A stretch of DNA of 64,000 nt from an uncultured Gammaproteobacteria bacterium (GTDB lineage: Bacteria > Pseudomonadota > Gammaproteobacteria > Poriferisulfidales > GCA-002705445): contig CAJYAP010000003.1 in assembly GCA_913065025.1 (NCBI GenBank), forward strand, positions 5,876 through 69,875, given 5' to 3'. This document shows, one piece after another, positions 59,194 through 64,000 of this stretch (positions within the stretch are counted from its first letter, which is position 1; every line of letters starts with the position of its first letter). The translations under genes were made by a program, and so were the position numbers. The notes under the pieces are model-generated. The model worked only from the letters and a program-made list of their open reading frames with translations. It was not told the DNA's origin and did no database searches.

Positions 59194-59385
59194 TTACCTT
59201 TTTGGTGAGGTAAACAGATTTTCAAGATCTGTTTCCCAGTAGTCTGGTGTATCGTCAAAGTTAGGTTTGATGTCTAGTGATAAAAACATTTCACCTTCTT
59301 CAATTTTTTTAGATATAAACTCTTTAAGGTCTTTATAGGATTTCAACTTATATTGTTGAATAAGTATTTCACTCATTGTTAACAT
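59194..59385 (-). CDS. hypothetical acidic small protein (63 aa)
   Basis: GGAG lies 7 nt upstream, inside the end of the TauD-like gene. There are 2 nt between its stop and the next start. No recognisable motif. Confidence 0.55.
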   Translation of the reverse strand: MLTMSEILIQQYKLKSYKDLKEFISKKIEEGEMFLSLDIKPNFDDTPDYWETDLENLFTSPKR

Positions 59386-59389
59386 TTTT

Positions 59390-60271
59390 TTACTCCACTC
59401 TTTTAGAAAATCTTAGTCTTTTAAGCAGTCTTTTATTATTACCATCAACATATTCTTCTCTTTTATGCAGTACGTTATTTGCTAAATAACCCTGATTTTC
59501 TTTCAATAAAAGATTAAAAGTATAATGATTATCTTCCGCTATAAAACTAAAAATAAAATCTTTTATTTTTTTTATTGTATCATTTTTTTTCCATATAATA
59601 TTTTGCTGTCTTGAAGTAAACCTCATGTTTAGAAAGTTTCTTTCATCTATATAAAAAACAGGGCCTTTCACAGAATGACTACCTACAATATTTTTATTTC
59701 CTGGTATCTCCATAATATCGTTTTGCATCAATATATTTATGAACTCAGGATTATGATCTCTCAAGTAAATATATATAATTTCATGATCTAATATTATATT
59801 TTCCCCTCCTCGCTGAGCTGGGTGCTCACAATGCAGTAAGAAAGATTTTATAGCTGAATCTAGCGGGTAGTAGTAACCATCGGTGTGCCAATTTAGCTGT
59901 TTATTTGTATATGGAATATATTCTACATTGGGACTTTTTTCCTTACTTTGATTTTGATTAGTGATATTAGAAATGTCATCTTCATCGGCAAGAAGATTTG
60001 ATACAGAATTTACTAATTTTAATCTAGAACAGAATTTTTTTAGAGATTCGTTTGTTAATTTTGCATCAAATTCATACATTGCAAAATTGTATTTAGTAAC
60101 AGAGTCCTTAAGCAAATTAATTTTATTATTATTTATATCGTTATTTTTAAATTTAATTAAAATTTTTTCTCTCGAAATTGGGTATTGCGCAAGTTTATAG
60201 TCGCGCCATTTTTTATATTCTGTTTGATTTTCGAGTAAAAAAGGAGAGTTCATTATTAGATTGTATGACAT
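59390..60271 (-). CDS. TauD/TfdA-family Fe(II)/2-oxoglutarate dioxygenase
   Basis: 293 aa with LNWHTDGYY (HxD) and a distal His in NNVLHKREEY followed by basic residues, the TauD-like layout. It is the first gene of the operon, 210 nt from dsrA. Confidence 0.75.
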   Translation of the reverse strand: MSYNLIMNSPFLLENQTEYKKWRDYKLAQYPISREKILIKFKNNDINNNKINLLKDSVTKYNFAMYEFDAKLTNESLKKFCSRLKLVNSVSNLLADEDDISNITNQNQSKEKSPNVEYIPYTNKQLNWHTDGYYYPLDSAIKSFLLHCEHPAQRGGENIILDHEIIYIYLRDHNPEFINILMQNDIMEIPGNKNIVGSHSVKGPVFYIDERNFLNMRFTSRQQNIIWKKNDTIKKIKDFIFSFIAEDNHYTFNLLLKENQGYLANNVLHKREEYVDGNNKRLLKRLRFSKRVE

Positions 60272-60481
60272 TTAAGATTAATTTTGATAGGATAATTGTG
60301 AAAATATATTAAATTTATTTAATAAATGTTTGTTACAAGTAATATATCCAATATGGGGTATATAAATGATTCCAAAAGAGATAGATAGGACACCCCAAAA
60401 GAACGATGTCAATAGCAGGAAATAACTCATAAAATAAAATTATCTATAGATAAAAATAATGTAATACAAAGGAGAAAAAGA

Positions 60482-61735
60482 GTGGCTGATAAACATAACA
60501 CCCCTATGTTAGATGAATTAGAGCATGGCCCATGGCCTAGTTTTATATCAGGTATTAAAAGATTAAGAGATCAACACCCAGAAGAGAGAATTTCTAGTAC
60601 AGCAAATTCATTATTAGGTCAGCTCGAACATTCCTACGAAACAAGAAAAGGTTATTGGAAAGGTGGGACAGTCAGTGTATTTGGTTATGGAAGTGGAATT
60701 ATCCCAAGATTTTCCGAAGTAGGTGATGCGTTTCCAGAGTCCAGAGAATTTCATACTCTAAGGGTGCAACCTCCAGCAGGTAATTACTATACTACTGGTA
60801 TGCTAAGACAGCTTGGTGAAAGTTGGGAAAAACATGGTTCTGGCCTCCAAACATTTCATGGTCAAACAGGAAATATAATGTTTATTGGTTCAACAACCGA
60901 AAACACTCAACACTTTTTTGATGAAATTAACGAATACGGATGGGATCTTGGTGGAGCCGGCCCATGTGTTCGAACTGGAATGTGTTGCGTTGGCGCCGCA
61001 AGATGCGAGCAATCTAATATTGACGAAATAAAAATTCATAGAACATTATTAAATAATTTCACAGATGATGTTCATAGACCTGCTTTACCTTATAAATTCA
61101 AATTCAAAGTATCTGGATGCCCAAATGATTGTGTTAACTCCATTGAAAGAGCTGACTGTGCAATTATAGGTACATGGAGAGACGATATGAAAGTCGATCA
61201 ATCAGAGGTTAAGGATTTTGTTGCGAAAAAAGGCAGGAAGTATGTAATCGATAATGTAATTACAAGATGCCCAACAAATTGTTTATCTTTAAAAGACGAT
61301 GATACTTTAGAAGTTGATAATAGAAATTGTGTAAAATGCATGCATTGTTTAAATGTAATGCCAAAAGCATTAAGTCCAGGAGATGATAAAGGCGCAACCG
61401 TCCTTATGGGTGGTAAAAGAACTTTGAAAGTAGGTGACTTAATGGGAACAGTTATAGTTCCATTTATGAAATTAGATACCGAAGAAGACTATGAAAAACT
61501 TACAGAATTAGCTGAAGAAACTATAGATTTTTGGGCTGAGAATGGATTAGAGCATGAGCGTTGTGGAGAAATGATTGAAAGAATAGGGCTTGTGAATTTC
61601 TTGGATGGTATTGGATTAGAAGTTGATCCAAATATGGTTGCGGATCCAACAACAAGTTCATACGTTAGAATGGACGGATGGGATGATGAAGCTGAAAAGT
61701 GGTTCAAGGAAAAATTACAGGCTGCAGAAGCTTAA
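60482..61735 (+). CDS. dsrA: dissimilatory sulfite reductase alpha subunit (oxidative/reverse type)
   Basis: 417 aa with a GTG start after AAGGAG. The N-terminus is TPMLDELEHGPWPSF, the siroheme/4Fe-4S cysteines are CCVGAARCE and SGCPNDC, and a ferredoxin insert is present. Confidence 0.96.
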   Translation: MADKHNTPMLDELEHGPWPSFISGIKRLRDQHPEERISSTANSLLGQLEHSYETRKGYWKGGTVSVFGYGSGIIPRFSEVGDAFPESREFHTLRVQPPAGNYYTTGMLRQLGESWEKHGSGLQTFHGQTGNIMFIGSTTENTQHFFDEINEYGWDLGGAGPCVRTGMCCVGAARCEQSNIDEIKIHRTLLNNFTDDVHRPALPYKFKFKVSGCPNDCVNSIERADCAIIGTWRDDMKVDQSEVKDFVAKKGRKYVIDNVITRCPTNCLSLKDDDTLEVDNRNCVKCMHCLNVMPKALSPGDDKGATVLMGGKRTLKVGDLMGTVIVPFMKLDTEEDYEKLTELAEETIDFWAENGLEHERCGEMIERIGLVNFLDGIGLEVDPNMVADPTTSSYVRMDGWDDEAEKWFKEKLQAAEA

Positions 61736-61766
61736 TTTTTAATAAATTTAAAATAAGGAATTAATA

Positions 61767-62855
61767 ATGTCGGAACAACAAGCAAAACCAGCAAATAGAC
61801 CACCAATAGAAACAGGATGTCCTGATGCATTTCAATATATGCATCCAGTAATGAGAAGGAATTATGGGCAATGGGCATATCATGAAGATCCACGTCCAGG
61901 CGTATTAAAACATGTCGCTCACAGTGGTGATGCTATATGGACAGTTAGAGCTGGAACCCAAAGGATTTTAGATGTCACAACTTTAAATCTGTTATGTGAT
62001 ATTGGAGATAGATATGCTGATGGCTACGTTAGATTTACTATTAGAAGTAACATTGAATACATGATTGACCAAGAATCTAAAGTTGGGCCTTTAATAGTTG
62101 AATTAGAAAAAAATGGATTTGTAGTAGGTGGAACAAAAAACTCTGTAGCAATGATATCTCATACACAGGGATGGTTGCATTGTGATATTCCTGGAACTGA
62201 TGCATCTGGAGTTGTAAAGGCCATGATGGATGAAGTAATTGATGAATTTAAAGGTTGGAATATGCCTAATAGAGTTCATATGACAACATCATGCTGTCAG
62301 ATTAACTGTGGTGGGCAAGGCGACATTGCTATCAATGTTCAGCACACAAAACCGCCAAAAATTAATCATGACTTGGTTTCAAATGTCTGTGAAAGACCTT
62401 CGGTTGTTGCACGCTGCCCAGTAGCCGCTATTAGACCAGCACAGGTGAATGGAAAACCATCTCTAGAAGTTGACGAAAAAAAATGTATTTGTTGTGGAGC
62501 ATGCTATCCACCATGTCCCCCAATGCAGATTAATGATGCGGAGCATACAAAACTTTCAGTATGGGTTGGTGGGAACCATTCTAATGCTAGAGGAAAACCA
62601 TCATTTCAAAAATTAGTTGCAGCTGGTATACCAAACAATCCTCCAAGATGGCCTGAAGCAACTGCAATTGTGAAAAAAATTCTAAGAGCTTATAGAGACG
62701 ATGCAAAGGATTGGGAAAGAATTAGTGATTGGGTTGAAAGAATTGGATGGCCAAGATTCTTCGAGTTAACAGGGCTACCATTTACAAAATTCCATATAAA
62801 CAATTGGAAGGGCGCTAGAAATAGTCTTAATGCATCTACTCATATAAGATTTTAA
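61767..62855 (+). CDS. dsrB: dissimilatory sulfite reductase beta subunit
   Basis: 362 aa with TTSCCQINCGGQGD and the ferredoxin domain CPVAAIRP ... CICCGACYPPCP. Confidence 0.96.
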   Translation: MSEQQAKPANRPPIETGCPDAFQYMHPVMRRNYGQWAYHEDPRPGVLKHVAHSGDAIWTVRAGTQRILDVTTLNLLCDIGDRYADGYVRFTIRSNIEYMIDQESKVGPLIVELEKNGFVVGGTKNSVAMISHTQGWLHCDIPGTDASGVVKAMMDEVIDEFKGWNMPNRVHMTTSCCQINCGGQGDIAINVQHTKPPKINHDLVSNVCERPSVVARCPVAAIRPAQVNGKPSLEVDEKKCICCGACYPPCPPMQINDAEHTKLSVWVGGNHSNARGKPSFQKLVAAGIPNNPPRWPEATAIVKKILRAYRDDAKDWERISDWVERIGWPRFFELTGLPFTKFHINNWKGARNSLNASTHIRF

Positions 62856-62876
62856 TAGTATTAAAGAGGAGATAAT

Positions 62877-63269
62877 TTGAAACTAGGAATATTAATTAAT
62901 GAAGGCCCATATCAACATCAAGCGTCTGATACCGCTCTTCAATATGTAAAAGCTGCGATAAAGAAGGGTCATGAAATCTATCGTGTATTCTTTTATAACG
63001 ATGGCGTGAATAATGCTACAAGACTAGCTACACCGCCTCAAGATGATAGAAATATTACAAAAGAATGGTCGGAATTAGCAAAAAATCATAATATAGATTT
63101 GGTTGTTTGCGTCGCTGCTGCACAAAGAAGAGGTATTTTGGACAAAGGTGAAGCAGAAAGAAATGGTAAGGATTCTGATAATATCGAGGAAGGTTTTAGA
63201 ATATCCGGGTTAGGCCAACTTGTTGAAGCTGGTATCCAAGCTGATAGATTAATTACTTTTGGAGATTAA
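62877..63269 (+). CDS. dsrE: sulfurtransferase DsrE
   Basis: 130 aa with a TTG start after GAGGAG. INEGPYQHQASD and the active-site Cys in VVCVAAAQRRG are present. Confidence 0.95.
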   Translation: MKLGILINEGPYQHQASDTALQYVKAAIKKGHEIYRVFFYNDGVNNATRLATPPQDDRNITKEWSELAKNHNIDLVVCVAAAQRRGILDKGEAERNGKDSDNIEEGFRISGLGQLVEAGIQADRLITFGD

Positions 63270-63274
63270 GACTT

Positions 63275-63691
63275 GTGAGCGAAGAAGGAATTGTAAAAAA
63301 ATTTATGTACGTAAATAGAAAAAGTCCTTATGGAACTATTTACGCTTTGGAATCTCTAGAAGTTGTTTTAATAACTGCAGCTTTTGATCAAGATGTAAGT
63401 TTAACTTTTACTGATGATGGTGTTTATCAATTGATGAAAGATCAAAAAACTGATGGTATTGGAATGAAAAACTTTTCATCAACATACTCAGCTTTAGGTG
63501 ATTATGAAATAAAGAAAATTTTTATTGATAAAGAATCTTTAGAAGAAAGGGGTTTATCAGTATCAGATTTACAAGAATTGGTTTGGGAAGATGAAGACGA
63601 AGATTATGCTGAGAAGAGCTCGATTAATTTAGTATCAAGAGCAGAGTTGTCAAATATTATGAGTCAGCAAGACATTGTCATGAGTTTTTAA
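63275..63691 (+). CDS. dsrF: sulfurtransferase subunit DsrF
   Basis: 138 aa with a GTG start and KKFMYVNRKSPYGTIYALESLEVVL. Confidence 0.93.
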   Translation: MSEEGIVKKFMYVNRKSPYGTIYALESLEVVLITAAFDQDVSLTFTDDGVYQLMKDQKTDGIGMKNFSSTYSALGDYEIKKIFIDKESLEERGLSVSDLQELVWEDEDEDYAEKSSINLVSRAELSNIMSQQDIVMSF

Positions 63692-63708
63692 TAGGAATAA
63701 ATATAAAT

Positions 63709-64000
63709 ATGAGCATGTTACATACAGTAAATAAATCGCCATTTGAGAATTCAACAGTCACTTCTTGTATCTCAATGTGCGCTAAAGATAGCAGTATCTT
63801 GTTTATAGAAGATGCAGTTATATCTGTAATGAAGTCTACAAAATTTACAGAGATGATAGAAAGTTCTTTAAAAGATTTTAAAATGTACGCTTTAAAGCCT
63901 GATTTGGAGGCAAGAGGCCTATCTTTAAATAATGTAATAGAGGGAGTTGAGATTGTTGGATATGAAGATTTTGTAGATCTTACTACTGAGCATGATTCAG
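63709..64000 (+). CDS. dsrH: sulfurtransferase subunit DsrH (3' end cut by window edge)
   Basis: MSMLHTVNKSPFENSTVTSCISMC... includes the conserved N-terminal Cys region. It runs off the window edge and is not in the ORF track. Confidence 0.88.
   Translation, partial: MSMLHTVNKSPFENSTVTSCISMCAKDSSILFIEDAVISVMKSTKFTEMIESSLKDFKMYALKPDLEARGLSLNNVIEGVEIVGYEDFVDLTTEHDS

Noticed and set aside
60440-60453. 14-bp palindrome TTATCTATAGATAA as a definite dsr operator
   Set aside because: A 7-bp half-site palindrome is expected several times by chance in 64 kb of AT-rich DNA. I keep it only as a low-weight note within the divergent-region finding.

Overview
Strongly AT-rich, very compact bacterial chromosome segment with many overlapping or abutting genes. 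I found no rRNA, tRNA, CRISPR array, IS element or integrase. The gene content points to a gammaproteobacterial sulfur-oxidising chemolithoautotroph. It has oxidative-type dsrAB followed directly by dsrEFH, a tkt-gap pair, and a complete aa3-type cytochrome c oxidase structural and biogenesis cluster. A SUP05 / Thioglobus-Ruthia-like lineage would fit, but that is inference only and needs a database search. Layout: gap-tkt-plsY; bioH-bioC; coxBA-ctaG-coxC-surf1-ctaA-ctaB; rpoH-ftsXE; two M16 peptidases; rsmD-coaD; an lpp-like gene; mutM-bioD; ispG; a photolyase plus MerR/LitR-like regulator; a 2Fe-2S ferredoxin; pyrC; cysS-hisI; an acyl-AMP ligase; alr-dnaB-rplI-rpsR-rpsF; rlmB-rnr; thiC; pcm-like/rhodanese/tolC; an LPS inner-core cluster (waaA, kdkA, waaC, hldD, waaF, hldE, GT2); ilvE; fbpABC-ilvD. 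Between about 54.2 and 60.3 kb lies a block of poorly characterised genes that ends divergently against dsrA. The most interesting candidate is a tightly packed six-gene minus-strand operon at 57530-60271. It combines a TauD-like dioxygenase, an orphan Cas6/Cmx6-like RAMP protein with no CRISPR or cas context, a DsrC/TusE-like protein lacking both functional cysteines, and three unrecognisable small proteins. It shares a 210-bp control region with the dsr operon. Secondary leads are listed below.
- A TGTACA-N8-TGTACA operator next to the MerR/photolyase pair.
- An orphan GC-rich hairpin plus terminator, with a Cys-rich mini-ORF, immediately upstream of the ferredoxin gene.
- A self-contained promoter / 25-codon hydrophobic ORF / hairpin unit after coaD.
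- A perfect 20-bp palindrome overlapping a Fur-box-like site between ilvE and fbpA.
- A 32-codon single-TM ORF missing from the track inside the cox operon.
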